From Klebsiella phage vB_KpM_FBKp24, in the sequence record MW394391.1: a stretch of 64,000 nt of DNA, one strand, 5' to 3'. Below, piece by piece: positions 1-10,385 of this stretch. The notes below the pieces were generated by a model. It did no database searches, was not told the DNA's origin, and saw only the letters and a program-made list of their open reading frames with translations. Made by a program: the position numbers and the translations under genes. Numbering within the stretch: the stretch's first letter is position 1; the number at the start of each line of letters is the position of its first letter.

Positions 1-16
1 TGATATATATCTTAAA

Positions 17-748
17 TTAGTTTGAAACGGCTCCGAGACACTCAAAGAGATAACCCGACATGAATTCTGCCGATGACGGATTGGTGTATTGACCGCCGAC
101 ATTATCCGAACGACGAATGGCAGAATAAATGTCAGCGAAGGCGGTAGCTTTTGCATCGTCAAATACGACCTTCAGAAGCCCTCTACGGGTCGCAGCATAA
201 AAGTCAGCCGCTTCTACTGCCTCAGCGACAAAATCGCTGACAAAGCTTTCTTGGTCGTTATATTGGTCAACTACCAGCGGATGTGCATTTTTCAACAGGA
301 CGTAAAACTCCCTGCCGATGGAACTCATTATTTCCGTGCGCTGATCGACTTGAGTTTGAAATGACTTATACAGTTCGTTACTGTACGAGGTCACCCAGTT
401 GGTACCGATCTGCCGAGCCTCTTCACGGAACTTGGTTTCTGGGCTGAGGTAATACCCGATCCCTTCGGTCAACGTCAAGTAGCTCAACGCATTGGGTTGA
501 TTAAAGTCAACGTTCAAGTGAAGAACGTTACCTTCTACTCTATAAGTCTGAACGTCAGGGTCGCTGACAATCGAAATGTCTTCCAGTTGGTATTTCTCAC
601 TGATTGCGTGCATTGCATAAACAAACACTTGACCAGGAGTAAAAATCCCTTCGATCGTTTCTTTCACAGTTTGTGCTAATGCGATATTGAATTGATTCGC
701 ATTTGAGTTAATGCCTTTCAGACCGTTTAACAGGCTGGATGCTTGCAT
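17..748 (-). CDS. hypothetical protein (virion-module gene)
   Basis: Complete 243-aa ORF with a TAA stop at 17-19 and an AGAGGAA ribosome-binding site (RBS) upstream of the ATG at 748. No recognisable catalytic motif. Confidence 0.55.
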   Translation of the reverse strand: MQASSLLNGLKGINSNANQFNIALAQTVKETIEGIFTPGQVFVYAMHAISEKYQLEDISIVSDPDVQTYRVEGNVLHLNVDFNQPNALSYLTLTEGIGYYLSPETKFREEARQIGTNWVTSYSNELYKSFQTQVDQRTEIMSSIGREFYVLLKNAHPLVVDQYNDQESFVSDFVAEAVEAADFYAATRRGLLKVVFDDAKATAFADIYSAIRRSDNVGGQYTNPSSAEFMSGYLFECLGAVSN

Positions 749-781
749 CGTGGTATTCCTCTGCGGGCGGAGTGAGTATCT

Positions 782-788
782 TTACATA
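782..788 (-). promoter_or_regulatory. TATGTAA motif upstream of 17..748
   Basis: Minus strand aaTATGTAAagat, about 38 nt before the ATG at 748. Confidence 0.3.
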
Positions 789-843
789 TTAGAAAACGCA
801 CTGTAAAGTTTAAAAGATTACGTACTGCTAGTTATAGAGCATA

Positions 844-868
844 GAGAGAGGGGTAAAACCCCTCTCTC
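844..868 (-). terminator. hairpin GAGAGAGGGG-taaaa-CCCCTCTCTC, a weak terminator candidate
   Basis: 10-bp stem after the small gene 875..1036. Flanks are not U-rich. It belongs to the AGAG/CTCT hairpin family. Confidence 0.35.
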
Positions 869-874
869 CTTTGG

Positions 875-1036
875 TTAGTGTCGTTGCTTTTCGTCGGTGA
901 CTGTCGGGAGGTTTACTCCTTTATACTTGCATTCTTTAAAGACATTACGCAAGAATCGCTGACGTGTCTCTTCACGTTGTTTTTCAACGCGTTCATCGCC
1001 AGGGTATCTGGCAATATAGCATGGACGTTTAACCAT
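875..1036 (-). CDS. small basic protein (53 aa), not in the ORF track
   Basis: ATG at 1036..1034 preceded by an AAAGGTGA RBS. It translates MVKRPCYIARYPGDERVEKQREETRQRFLRNVFKECKYKGVNLPTVTDEKQRH, with a TAA stop at 877..875, and is followed by hairpin 844-868. It lies on the same strand as the flanking operon genes. Confidence 0.35.
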   Translation of the reverse strand: MVKRPCYIARYPGDERVEKQREETRQRFLRNVFKECKYKGVNLPTVTDEKQRH

Positions 1037-1074
1037 AGTTTCACCTTTAGTTTTCGTGGGCTTTACCGGCCCGG

Positions 1075-1764
1075 TTAGACTGTGGGGTTACTTTTGTTCG
1101 CTATCCACTGACTTGTAAGTGTTTTGAGTGCATTGCCGTTGTCGACATACGTACTCAAATTACTGTTGTCAGTGTATACTACATTACGGTCCTCGCTATT
1201 GGTAGTAGCGGAGACAATGACTAAATTTCCCTTGACCAATGGATTGGCCGTCAAAATAGTACGAAGCGTGTAACCCACGATTTCGATAAGATCAGACAAC
1301 TGCTTGTAACGGTACTGTCCATCATTGGTCGTGTCCTCTTCGTAATCTTTACGGAAGGATTCGAATAAATAGTAACCTACCCATAACGGTGCCACCGCAT
1401 AGATACTCGGATTGAAAACGTTATCAATCCGTGGCAGGAGACTATACTGATACAGCGTCGTCACGCCATAACCCAGATTTGCCAGTGTGTTAAGAACATA
1501 GTTATCTGGGAGGGCGTTGATCTTGGCTTCAATACCCGAAGCGCTATTCGGGAGTGCAACCTTTAAATGCGCAATAAGTTTTGCACGAATATCGGTTTCA
1601 CGTAAATTGATTGGCCAAGATAAAAGTGGGACCTGTTTAAACGGTTTGTTGACACCTGCGAAATCCCCAACGACAGGGGTGACTACCCAAGGCGTTAAAA
1701 GATTGACCGATTGGACAATCGCAGGTAAAGTACTGTCATCGTAAATTCCAACGGATGTCGGCAT
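1075..1764 (-). CDS. hypothetical protein
   Basis: 229-aa ORF with a GAGGGG RBS before the ATG at 1764. A TATGTAA motif and terminator lie upstream. Confidence 0.55.
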   Translation of the reverse strand: MPTSVGIYDDSTLPAIVQSVNLLTPWVVTPVVGDFAGVNKPFKQVPLLSWPINLRETDIRAKLIAHLKVALPNSASGIEAKINALPDNYVLNTLANLGYGVTTLYQYSLLPRIDNVFNPSIYAVAPLWVGYYLFESFRKDYEEDTTNDGQYRYKQLSDLIEIVGYTLRTILTANPLVKGNLVIVSATTNSEDRNVVYTDNSNLSTYVDNGNALKTLTSQWIANKSNPTV

Positions 1765-1816
1765 TACATTCCCCTCTTCGTAATAAATATAACTTATATT
1801 AAATCGGATTTAACCG

Positions 1817-1823
1817 TTACATA
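1817..1823 (-). promoter_or_regulatory. TATGTAA motif after terminator 1841-1868
   Basis: Minus strand ...uuuuauuuuaucuuguuacucTATGTAAcgg, about 57 nt upstream of the ATG at 1764. Confidence 0.3.
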
Positions 1824-1840
1824 GAGTAACAAGATAAAAT

Positions 1841-1868
1841 AAAAAGAGGAGCAAATGCTCCTCTTTTT
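1841..1868 (-). terminator. intrinsic terminator AAAAAGAGGAGC-aaat-GCTCCTCTTTTT
   Basis: 12-bp stem immediately after the stop of 1870..2616, followed on the minus strand by UUUUUAUUUUAUCUU. Confidence 0.7.
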
Positions 1869-1869
1869 A

Positions 1870-2616
1870 TTACCATTTAGAGACAAGACCCGTTTTACCA
1901 GAAATAAACGGAGTACGATCCATCTGACGAATAGCATCAACCGTGGCTTTGAAACTCGACTCCACGGAGACCAAACTTTGGTCATTGGCCATACTGCGAA
2001 TAATCGCTGGTTGTACCGGGACAATCAGTGCCGACTCGCAAGACGGTGACATGTATTTGTTTGCGCAAGACAAACCGGGTTCGTTTACGAGATCCCAGGT
2101 AATAATGTTATCGACGTATTTACGAACCTTACCGCCAACCACTCTGTCGGTCGCCATACTGCGAATACTGAACGCCAGATTCTCGTCTGGGTTAGACATG
2201 ATTTTCTCAAAATCTTCACGTCTGGCTCCCGTAGAACAAATCTCACCCATGATGGCGCAAATGCGCTGACCGTTAGGCAGAACGAAATTCGGCACAACCC
2301 AAACCTTGCGGATATGAAATGCCCAGTTACGTTCATCAATGGTGTGGATACGTTGAATGAATTTACGATAGTCGGCGTAATCGTATTCTTTGGGGTGACC
2401 CCATTCGCCGCGTAAATACCCTTCTCTCACGCGTTTCTGGAAAAGACCATTCTCCGCTAATATACGCTCAACACGTTGCTGGTCATATACCGCACCAATA
2501 CTGTTGTCGAACTCTAACGCCCCTAAAATAACTTCAAGGTAGTTGTTGTCCAGACGTTTAATATTCCCTACTCGGTTTACACCTTTCAGTGCTGTTACCT
2601 CAAATGACATCCCCAT
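1870..2616 (-). CDS. hypothetical protein (248 aa)
   Basis: ORF followed immediately on the minus strand by intrinsic terminator 1841-1868. Confidence 0.55.
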   Translation of the reverse strand: MGMSFEVTALKGVNRVGNIKRLDNNYLEVILGALEFDNSIGAVYDQQRVERILAENGLFQKRVREGYLRGEWGHPKEYDYADYRKFIQRIHTIDERNWAFHIRKVWVVPNFVLPNGQRICAIMGEICSTGARREDFEKIMSNPDENLAFSIRSMATDRVVGGKVRKYVDNIITWDLVNEPGLSCANKYMSPSCESALIVPVQPAIIRSMANDQSLVSVESSFKATVDAIRQMDRTPFISGKTGLVSKW

Positions 2617-2619
2617 GGC

Positions 2620-3348
2620 TTACCACCGCACAATATTAGAATGATTCATGAACTCATACGATAGCAGACCCGCCTTACGTTCTTTGGCCTGATTGAATTC
2701 GCTTTCCGATAGCGGGAACATTTCAACCTGACTTTGATCGAAAGGTTCTTCTTTATACTTTTCCAGGGCAGGGATAATCATTCGATAAAACCCTCTTTTC
2801 AGATCGAAGAAGGGTGAGAATTTTACCGATGGGCTGTCAACCTGAATCAGTATTCGGGTTTCAATGGCTTTACTGTAGTCGTCTTTGATGACTCTGAGTT
2901 CATCGATGAAACACTTTCCGACAACACGGGAGGGGTATCGTTGATCTTCAGTGTCGACGTTGACAAGCCATCTTTCTTCTGACCACTCTGCCATAGGGCA
3001 GATGACTTTCGTCGGACGGAGCGAACCTTCAACGGACAACGCATAAATCGTATACCCTCCTAACCATTCGTCCTTGCCCGCGCAATGTGCTTTACTGTCC
3101 ATGAAATCCCGCAACGCCACGCCATAACCCCGTAAGCAATCAATGATTGTAATCCCGGTACAAACCCGTTTGACGGATTCATCTTCTCCGTTCATGGTTC
3201 GTTGGATCTCCCGAGGAATAAAAACCGGGATATTGGGATTAGGAGAGATATGGTAAAGTGTGCGGTGATGAGTATCGACTTCGAGCTCATTAACGGCGTG
3301 CTCTTGTTGTTTACTGATGAAACTTTGAAGTCTCTCGTATGGGCTCAT
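2620..3348 (-). CDS. hypothetical protein (242 aa)
   Basis: Tightly packed operon member: a 3-nt gap to the downstream gene and a 1-nt gap to the upstream gene. Confidence 0.55.
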   Translation of the reverse strand: MSPYERLQSFISKQQEHAVNELEVDTHHRTLYHISPNPNIPVFIPREIQRTMNGEDESVKRVCTGITIIDCLRGYGVALRDFMDSKAHCAGKDEWLGGYTIYALSVEGSLRPTKVICPMAEWSEERWLVNVDTEDQRYPSRVVGKCFIDELRVIKDDYSKAIETRILIQVDSPSVKFSPFFDLKRGFYRMIIPALEKYKEEPFDQSQVEMFPLSESEFNQAKERKAGLLSYEFMNHSNIVRW

Positions 3349-3349
3349 G

Positions 3350-4075
3350 TTACGCCCTCAGTAAACGTTCGATCGGTTGGGTTACTTCGTTCGGGTTAAC
3401 AATAGCCGAATCCAGACCATCTCCGGTATAACTCCCCGAAATTTTCGCAGTGGTATCGGAAGACCCATCCACAACGTTACGTAAAGGTATCCAGGTGAAC
3501 GGCGTAGTACGCAGCTCACTGTAGCTGTGGATATGCTCACGTAAAGGAACTTTACGGTTACTTTCAATACGGGCTAACTGGGCGATGATCATTTCACCGA
3601 TAGTCGGTGTCGCAACCAACTTTGTTCCCGTATACTCTTCGGTTTCCGCAAAGAAGCTACCTAACGTAATGTAGTTGTAAAAGAACGGAATCCTTCCTCG
3701 TGCTAAGATCTCTTCGAACAGGTAATAAAGAAGACCGTTGTCTTTTACCAAATCGATGCTTTTAACCACCGTGCTACCGGGACGGAAATAAAAGTCATAA
3801 TAGCTTCGTCCAGCATATTCGAGTTGACGAATTTCCGTCGGTGTAATTTCCATCATACTCGGGGTGGTAGCAACCGCAAAATCACCCGCTTCGCTACAGA
3901 TAGCAAAGAAGCCGATGATCATAATGCGTTTGCCCATACTGATTAACTGCTTCGCGCGAAAGGACTCTTGGATCACAATCCGGCAGCCGGTCGTGGTGAC
4001 CAGACTGCCGTTTGGGAGTTCACGTAAAGTCGCTTGCAGCGCATCGGCATTGTGTTTCCACTGCGCGATATTCAC
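3350..4075 (-). CDS. hypothetical protein (241 aa)
   Basis: Operon member. No motif recognised. Confidence 0.55.
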   Translation of the reverse strand: MNIAQWKHNADALQATLRELPNGSLVTTTGCRIVIQESFRAKQLISMGKRIMIIGFFAICSEAGDFAVATTPSMMEITPTEIRQLEYAGRSYYDFYFRPGSTVVKSIDLVKDNGLLYYLFEEILARGRIPFFYNYITLGSFFAETEEYTGTKLVATPTIGEMIIAQLARIESNRKVPLREHIHSYSELRTTPFTWIPLRNVVDGSSDTTAKISGSYTGDGLDSAIVNPNEVTQPIERLLRA

Positions 4076-4086
4076 TGTTCGACTCC

Positions 4087-5619
4087 TTAGTACACGGTGG
4101 CGTCATCCTGTTCGATAATACCCACTTTCTCTGCCTGTTTAAAAGTCAGGACATCGAAGTTAGCCACAAGCCATTTTGCCAGATAACGGATGGCCGCAGT
4201 ATAGGCAGCAGTCGTGCCGTCCTGATCGGAATCCTGCATTTCACTTTCTACGATATCGATAATGTCTTCGGCATCGATGAACGTGAAGATGTGCTGGCAG
4301 ACTTTCTGTTTGACCAATTCGAACAGATTGGGATCGTTGTCGATGTTCCAATTCGCGTAGAACTTACCGGACTTCAGATCTTCCATCACTTTGTTCAGTG
4401 CCGCTTCTTTACTGAACCCGCTTGGCAGTTGATCTTCATTGAGATTGTTCAGCGCTTGCGCCAGTTCCGGTACGAAACAGTTCGAAAGACGTTTCAGGAA
4501 CGTGTCATGGGAATAACGTTGACGCTGAATCTCAAGCGCCTGCCAACGTTTCAGGTTTTGCTGGTCGTTGGCAATAAACTGACCCAGTAAACGTTGACCA
4601 CCGCGCGGGTCTAACACGCCACCGATCACGCTTTCTGGCGTCAGTCCCTGAGAAAGTCCCTGGCGATATACCGGACCGAATACCACAATTTCCGCGTCTT
4701 CTGCAGAGGTAGCTACTTGGCTTTTTCCGGTGAAACGAATGATCATCTGACCGCGGCGGTTACAACCACTTAGCCAGCCCAGACCATTTTTGATCAGATA
4801 GCCGTATTGCAGCTTCATCGCATTGATCGCCGCCTCGTACTCGGGTAAAGTCATACCCGTACCCGGGAGCGGGTCTTGTGACATACTGTCAACCAGGAAA
4901 TAGACCACGATGCCCAGATCGGTCAGAGAAGCATCACTGAATTTCCCTTCGCAACGTTGACCGTCTTTTTGTTGGACGAGTTCTGAAACGAAGCGAGTCA
5001 CTGGGCAGATTGGGGTAATCGCACAGTTGCGGAAGAGGACGTTGTAAATGGAGACAATCGTATCGGCGCCATATTTTGCGATCGCGTCGGCCAATGCGTC
5101 GTCCAGTTCACTCACGCCAGTTTTCATCCCGTCAATTAAATCTACGTCCGTTTTTTCCGGGGCGTTTTTAATACGGGTAAAAAGAGGTGCGTTGGGTTTG
5201 AACTGGGCAAACGTATCAACTACGTAAGGGTCGTAAATGATCGGTGCAGGATCGTATTGCGTAATAGTGAACTCTTTTGGTTCTACGCCTTTCATCCTGT
5301 CCAGAATTTTACCCGTTACATCAGTGATCAGTGGTACTACCGTGTTGCGGACATACCCGATCTGACGCAGCAATGCGCCGCCAACAACTTCAACCGCGCC
5401 AGCGACTGCACCTTCATGCGGTTCAACCATCCCGATGGTACGTTGGGAGTTATCAAACAACACCTGGTCATACGCTTCCAGTGAAGGTTTGTGACTCTGG
5501 AAGAACGGGAGCGATTCAGCAACCGGGCTGAATAACAGAGACCCGGTGCGCGGGAAAAGGAATAACCCTTCGTTACTGACTACCGTCTTCGCGAGGGCAA
5601 TAGACTTTTTGTTTAACAT
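4087..5619 (-). CDS. hypothetical protein (510 aa), probable virion protein
   Basis: Long ORF whose start overlaps the stop of the upstream 63-aa gene (TGATG), suggesting translational coupling. Confidence 0.6.
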   Translation of the reverse strand: MLNKKSIALAKTVVSNEGLFLFPRTGSLLFSPVAESLPFFQSHKPSLEAYDQVLFDNSQRTIGMVEPHEGAVAGAVEVVGGALLRQIGYVRNTVVPLITDVTGKILDRMKGVEPKEFTITQYDPAPIIYDPYVVDTFAQFKPNAPLFTRIKNAPEKTDVDLIDGMKTGVSELDDALADAIAKYGADTIVSIYNVLFRNCAITPICPVTRFVSELVQQKDGQRCEGKFSDASLTDLGIVVYFLVDSMSQDPLPGTGMTLPEYEAAINAMKLQYGYLIKNGLGWLSGCNRRGQMIIRFTGKSQVATSAEDAEIVVFGPVYRQGLSQGLTPESVIGGVLDPRGGQRLLGQFIANDQQNLKRWQALEIQRQRYSHDTFLKRLSNCFVPELAQALNNLNEDQLPSGFSKEAALNKVMEDLKSGKFYANWNIDNDPNLFELVKQKVCQHIFTFIDAEDIIDIVESEMQDSDQDGTTAAYTAAIRYLAKWLVANFDVLTFKQAEKVGIIEQDDATVY

Positions 5620-5810
5620 CAGACAATCCCCTCTTGTACACGGCGGGCGGCGATAGCAGCGCCAATAGCGGCGGCCAGATCTTCTTCGATGTTCGCACCG
5701 TCTGGAATTCTGAGATCTTCGCTGCGCGCATTCAGCATGACGCGGCGGCCCACCTCAAGAATATTCGCAACGCTGGTTTGCGCAATTTCTTGCAAGCCTT
5801 CATTATTCAT
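5619..5810 (-). CDS. small hypothetical protein (63 aa)
   Basis: AAGG RBS before the ATG at 5810. Its stop overlaps the start of the next gene. Confidence 0.4.
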   Translation of the reverse strand: MNNEGLQEIAQTSVANILEVGRRVMLNARSEDLRIPDGANIEEDLAAAIGAAIAARRVQEGIV

Positions 5811-5854
5811 CTTCTTAACCTTATTTTACAAAGCGCTTTGGAAAGTAACGGGTG

Positions 5855-5881
5855 ACGAGGGGAGTACGTTTCTCCCCTCGT
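5855..5881 (-). terminator. hairpin ACGAGGGGAG-tacgttt-CTCCCCTCGT downstream of the beta-like gene
   Basis: 10-bp stem with no clear U-tract. Possibly an attenuator or RNA-stability element. Confidence 0.35.
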
Positions 5882-5890
5882 TGTACACAA

Positions 5891-8800
5891 CTATTCGCTA
5901 TCGTACGCTTTCAGCATTTCCTGCTGAATGTTTTCAATAAGAATGTTGCCCATCCCCAGAAGTAAAGCGGAGTTTACAATACGTGCGTTAATTGCACGGT
6001 AGGAAAATTGTAAATCAATATCCCACGGTTGACCGCCTGGTAAGACTGGTGTTGTCGTCCGACAGATTCCTTTATAGACACCACTCACTACGGACTTCTT
6101 CTGGTTACCAACAACTAACTTATCGCCATCGCCCATACCGCGCTGATGGGTAATGTAGATACGAATCGCCATCATATCAATCTCTAATGGCATCCCGTCA
6201 ATACGGCTTGGGGTAAAGACCTGACCCGTTAAGGCGGTTTCGGTCCCCAATAACTTAGCATTCTTTGCCCGAATGCTGTCATACTTGTCAGCGATCTTAC
6301 GCACCGAATCCGACATATCTTCTTTTTCACCGAAATAGAAGACCTCGATCTTTTCAACCTTACCAACGTGTTTTGCACGTGGTGCCGGGTTACCTAAACG
6401 TTTCAACGTTTCCATTGTCGATTCGTCAAAGTAGTCGAAGGTTGCGGAAACTTCGTCCTCTATAAAAGCCAGCGTGTCTTCATTATCGACGTGCTGTCCT
6501 TCACTGACCAAGTTACGGATGGCCTGATTGAAGTTCACCATCAGCACACGAGTGTGCGTTACCAAGGTAGTCATCTTTTGCGATAAGCGTTCCGAAATCA
6601 AACTGGCATCTTCGAACGTGTTATTGTTCTCGACCAGCGCAATGTTCGTTGTTACGCCATTCTTAAAAGCGACCTGAGTAGGTTCACGCCAATCTCGCGC
6701 AAAGAATCCAGGGTGGTAAGCTACGACATGGTCTTTATCTACCTTTGCCCCAACCTCAAGATCGCATACAACTTCATGCGGCTCAGTGTGGCCGGTGACG
6801 ATACCAAATTTACGCCCTAACTCAATCTGGTCTTCGCCAAGTTCAGGGTCGTCGTACTTGATCACAACATGCCCTTTGGTTTTTTCGGTGATTGTCCCCG
6901 GACCTTTCGCCACAGAAGAGAAAAGGTCATCGGTACGCTGCGCCATCATTAACTCGTACCCTGTCCGGATATAACCCAAATCGTCTCCGACGGAATAGCG
7001 TTTATGGCTGCTCTGTATACCGATAAAGTTTACGCGCTTAGGGTCGTCGTATGTTGAAAAAGGCGAGACCAGTGCACTTGTAGATAGTACGTTACTGAAC
7101 CCTTTCTCTTTGCTGAGATCAGTCTCAGTCCGTGCCGTCCCGCGCAGACTTGTCAGGTTAGGGTTAGCCGATAAGTAACAGTTAATCCCAACGTCGCCGT
7201 TATCCACCGAGGATTCAGAACGTATTCCGATGTCACTAGGATGGAAGGCACGTGTACGACGAGTCATGGATCGTTTTCCGCGACCACCCGTACCAGAGTA
7301 AGTCAAGTTCTCTTTCTCTTTAAGGTTCTGTATCGGGTTGGAATCCTCTACCAAGGAAACAGAAGGGTCTTTCTGAATCGCTGAAAGGATTTCAAACGGC
7401 GGGAAATCCAACTGCGCCCTTGAACTCAAATTACTCGAGCTTTGTCTTCTCACGGCCTCAGCGAACGTTCTGTAGACCGCACCCGCCATCCTTTCATAGC
7501 CTTTGAAGAGTGAGCCCTGTGAACTCAGGTCACTTGGGTATTCATCGGTTGCAAGATAGAAGGCGGCTTTTTTCAGTAGCGGAATAAACTCGGTCGGTTC
7601 ATTCATCGCCTCCAGGTTTTCTTCAGCGATAGGGTCAATGAACAGCGCTTTCAGGTTACTGAACTCGTACAGATATCTTCCTGATAGCTGCATGTCAGAC
7701 AGTAAAGCGTTATAGTTGTCTTGGTTGTCGAGTTCCGCGACCGAATAGTTTTTCAGTGCGTTTTTCCACAATTGGAGAGAGCTATAAATCAAAACATCCG
7801 GATGAGTAATACGAGGGATCCGCCAAATCTCATCGGCAAAAACGATTTCAAATGTATTTTGATCCGGTTGAACTCGAGCGCCCTTCGTTCTACGTTGGGG
7901 TTTAATCTCCATCTTATCAACGAACTGAGTGAAACCCTCAAGATACATTAAGACGATGGCCAACGGGAACTCTTGTCCTAATATTGAAATTGTGACAAGT
8001 TCATTAGGGCGGTTTACAGGGTCTGCACCAAAGAGTTTTGAGATATGACCCAATCTCTCTGGACCGACCTGAAGATAACCCTCTCTGTCCATGGTAACGG
8101 TAGACCTGCCTCGTTTACCTACCGGGATATTTCCTTGCCCATTCCAATCCGGAAAATTCTTCCCAATGTTCGGATAGTCAAAGAAAAAGTTCATTCCCGC
8201 TGCGTCAAACGAAATGACTTCCTTCGCTATTGCCGAATAGGTACGGGGAACGGGTTGTGAATCCGTGAATGAATTTCCGTAAACGATCTCGGCCATCAAT
8301 GGTGGATTAGAAAGCGCCGCAACGTTCATAGCGTCTTTTAACCATTCACCGTAATCGTGGCGACGTTTATCGCTACGGTCTACGAAGAGCTTTCCGTAGT
8401 AAGTTGAGAGCGCGACTGTGGATGGAGAAATTTTGCGGATCGGTTTATCGAAACGCAGTTTACGCATAAAGTATTTGATACCGCCAACTTTATACTTACC
8501 ATTTTTATCCACTACCGGAAGCTGGAAACGCACTGTCGAAGGTGCACCTTTTACCGGGGAGATCTTCACGGTGTAATCGTAAAGGTCATTCAGCGCATCG
8601 ACCTGACGTTCGACTTTGAAGTCAGTGATGGCGTATCCGGCCTTCTGGAATCCGAGCACCAGATTGATCACATCTTTCTGCATGACTTCTTCGACATACT
8701 TTCGATCGTAATCGATCAACGTACTCTTGAGCATACTTTTATCTTTGACGTGAGCAATATCAACCACTTCTTTCGGTTTAAAGTCCCAGACAATTTCCTT

Positions 8801-10369
8801 CGGAATTTGCCGATACTCATCTAACGATATTTCCTCGTTAAAAGGAGAAGGGATCGTCTTGTAACTTTCCGCCAATCTGAGATGGCGTTTATATTCACCT
8901 TGGGTTATTAAGCCTTTGGAAAGAAGCGTCTCAGCCTGGATCCGTATCCCAGAAATTAGCGGGTCTTCTACCTTATCTTCCAGAGGTGGCTCTATAACCG
9001 TCTCAGCGTCAACGTCAGGGGCTGAAACTAAACGCAAGGCCCTAGGGGCTTCAGTTGTCTCGATCTCTTCTGTCAGACTTTTAAATGCGTCTACGATCTG
9101 AGTACGGATTCCTGGTTGCCCCGCGTTAATTTTATCCCGAATTTCTTTTACCGTAACGGTTTTCTTCGGAATACCAGTCGGTGTTTCGTCTTCCGCGACA
9201 ACCGTCTCAATTACAACGTCGTCTTCAACCGTCTCGCTAACTTCCAGAATCTCGCTTTCACCCGTGTTCTCATCCGGGATGGTTTCTTCGATTGTGGCCT
9301 GTTCCTGAACACCCGTCAGTAATTTCAACGCCGTGAGATGCTGGAGCATTAACCGAGAGACCTGGGCGTATGCATCACCCTTCGGGTTTTCGTTGGATTT
9401 TGTCCAACGACTTAGACGCCCGAGGTTAAGTACTGTAAATTTCCCCATCCGTAAAAAGACAAAGTTGATCTTGTCGTAGTGGTCAGAGGGAATAATATTT
9501 AACAGGGATTCTTCCCGCTTCTCGGAAAGCCATTGCCAAAGATCTTGAATGAAAAGTGAGTCGTCATTCTGGAAATAACCCAAACGAATACGATTCATCT
9601 CTTCCAACGCTAACCCGGAATGCTCTATAAAGCTGGAGTCCGTTTCAAACCCTAACGCTGATTCGTCGAAAGATTCTCTCGCTACATCACCTGGGAACTC
9701 GGATGAAATCCCTGGGAAATGCAGATCGAAAACGTCGCTGTATGTTTGTACCAGTGATTTATTACGGTGTTGATTCTGATACGCGTTTAACAGCGGTACC
9801 CCGCCATCTTCTACGGAGATATTCAGCTGCATCTTAGTAGGCATCTCATCAGGCACATTGACGAGAATGAATTGATGGCGGTCAGAATGTTCTGCGTAGT
9901 ATTTCGCCTGAGTATAAAGCGTAGAGAGCAAATTCTGGAAACGCCAGAATCTCGCCATCGGCAACGGAAGATAACGCCATTGCATCGGGATCAACGAGTA
10001 GTTTGCAAGGATCGCAGTATTCCTGTCATCCAGAGCGCGATTGATATCAGTTACTCGACGAAAACCACGGCGCTTTTGTATCCAAGTCCGTTTAAGGTTG
10101 GAAACATTAAACGCACCTTTACGGCGAGGGGAACCAATAAAGCTGGTCATCTCCGTAATGTTGTCCGCATAAGGGCGGGTACGTTCCCGTTGGAACGCGA
10201 AGAATGTTTCATCTGGACCGAGGTCAATCGCGTTAGTCGGGAGGTAATGAAGAATACTATTTTTTGGTAACGCGAAGTTTTCAATGTTAAAAGCACGGGG
10301 GTTCGATAATGTCGTACGATTACGAATTCCGTACGACATGTAAAATTGTTGGTACTGAATGTTGCTCAT
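5891..10369 (-). CDS. multisubunit RNA polymerase beta-like subunit, N-terminal fragment through the catalytic region (1492 aa)
   Basis: A C-terminal segment HQRGMGDGDKLVVGNQKKSVVSGV (encoded around 6066-6135) resembles the universally conserved RpoB motif GDKMAGRHGNKGVIS and is followed by a PxDIxL-like segment. The protein ends about 95 aa after this motif, so the beta C-terminal modules must be encoded elsewhere, as in the split RNAPs of phiKZ-like phages. It sits in an operon with the beta' fragment. Confidence 0.5.
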   Translation of the reverse strand: MSNIQYQQFYMSYGIRNRTTLSNPRAFNIENFALPKNSILHYLPTNAIDLGPDETFFAFQRERTRPYADNITEMTSFIGSPRRKGAFNVSNLKRTWIQKRRGFRRVTDINRALDDRNTAILANYSLIPMQWRYLPLPMARFWRFQNLLSTLYTQAKYYAEHSDRHQFILVNVPDEMPTKMQLNISVEDGGVPLLNAYQNQHRNKSLVQTYSDVFDLHFPGISSEFPGDVARESFDESALGFETDSSFIEHSGLALEEMNRIRLGYFQNDDSLFIQDLWQWLSEKREESLLNIIPSDHYDKINFVFLRMGKFTVLNLGRLSRWTKSNENPKGDAYAQVSRLMLQHLTALKLLTGVQEQATIEETIPDENTGESEILEVSETVEDDVVIETVVAEDETPTGIPKKTVTVKEIRDKINAGQPGIRTQIVDAFKSLTEEIETTEAPRALRLVSAPDVDAETVIEPPLEDKVEDPLISGIRIQAETLLSKGLITQGEYKRHLRLAESYKTIPSPFNEEISLDEYRQIPKEIVWDFKPKEVVDIAHVKDKSMLKSTLIDYDRKYVEEVMQKDVINLVLGFQKAGYAITDFKVERQVDALNDLYDYTVKISPVKGAPSTVRFQLPVVDKNGKYKVGGIKYFMRKLRFDKPIRKISPSTVALSTYYGKLFVDRSDKRRHDYGEWLKDAMNVAALSNPPLMAEIVYGNSFTDSQPVPRTYSAIAKEVISFDAAGMNFFFDYPNIGKNFPDWNGQGNIPVGKRGRSTVTMDREGYLQVGPERLGHISKLFGADPVNRPNELVTISILGQEFPLAIVLMYLEGFTQFVDKMEIKPQRRTKGARVQPDQNTFEIVFADEIWRIPRITHPDVLIYSSLQLWKNALKNYSVAELDNQDNYNALLSDMQLSGRYLYEFSNLKALFIDPIAEENLEAMNEPTEFIPLLKKAAFYLATDEYPSDLSSQGSLFKGYERMAGAVYRTFAEAVRRQSSSNLSSRAQLDFPPFEILSAIQKDPSVSLVEDSNPIQNLKEKENLTYSGTGGRGKRSMTRRTRAFHPSDIGIRSESSVDNGDVGINCYLSANPNLTSLRGTARTETDLSKEKGFSNVLSTSALVSPFSTYDDPKRVNFIGIQSSHKRYSVGDDLGYIRTGYELMMAQRTDDLFSSVAKGPGTITEKTKGHVVIKYDDPELGEDQIELGRKFGIVTGHTEPHEVVCDLEVGAKVDKDHVVAYHPGFFARDWREPTQVAFKNGVTTNIALVENNNTFEDASLISERLSQKMTTLVTHTRVLMVNFNQAIRNLVSEGQHVDNEDTLAFIEDEVSATFDYFDESTMETLKRLGNPAPRAKHVGKVEKIEVFYFGEKEDMSDSVRKIADKYDSIRAKNAKLLGTETALTGQVFTPSRIDGMPLEIDMMAIRIYITHQRGMGDGDKLVVGNQKKSVVSGVYKGICRTTTPVLPGGQPWDIDLQFSYRAINARIVNSALLLGMGNILIENIQQEMLKAYDSE

Positions 10370-10385
10370 TACAGTGAAACTCCTG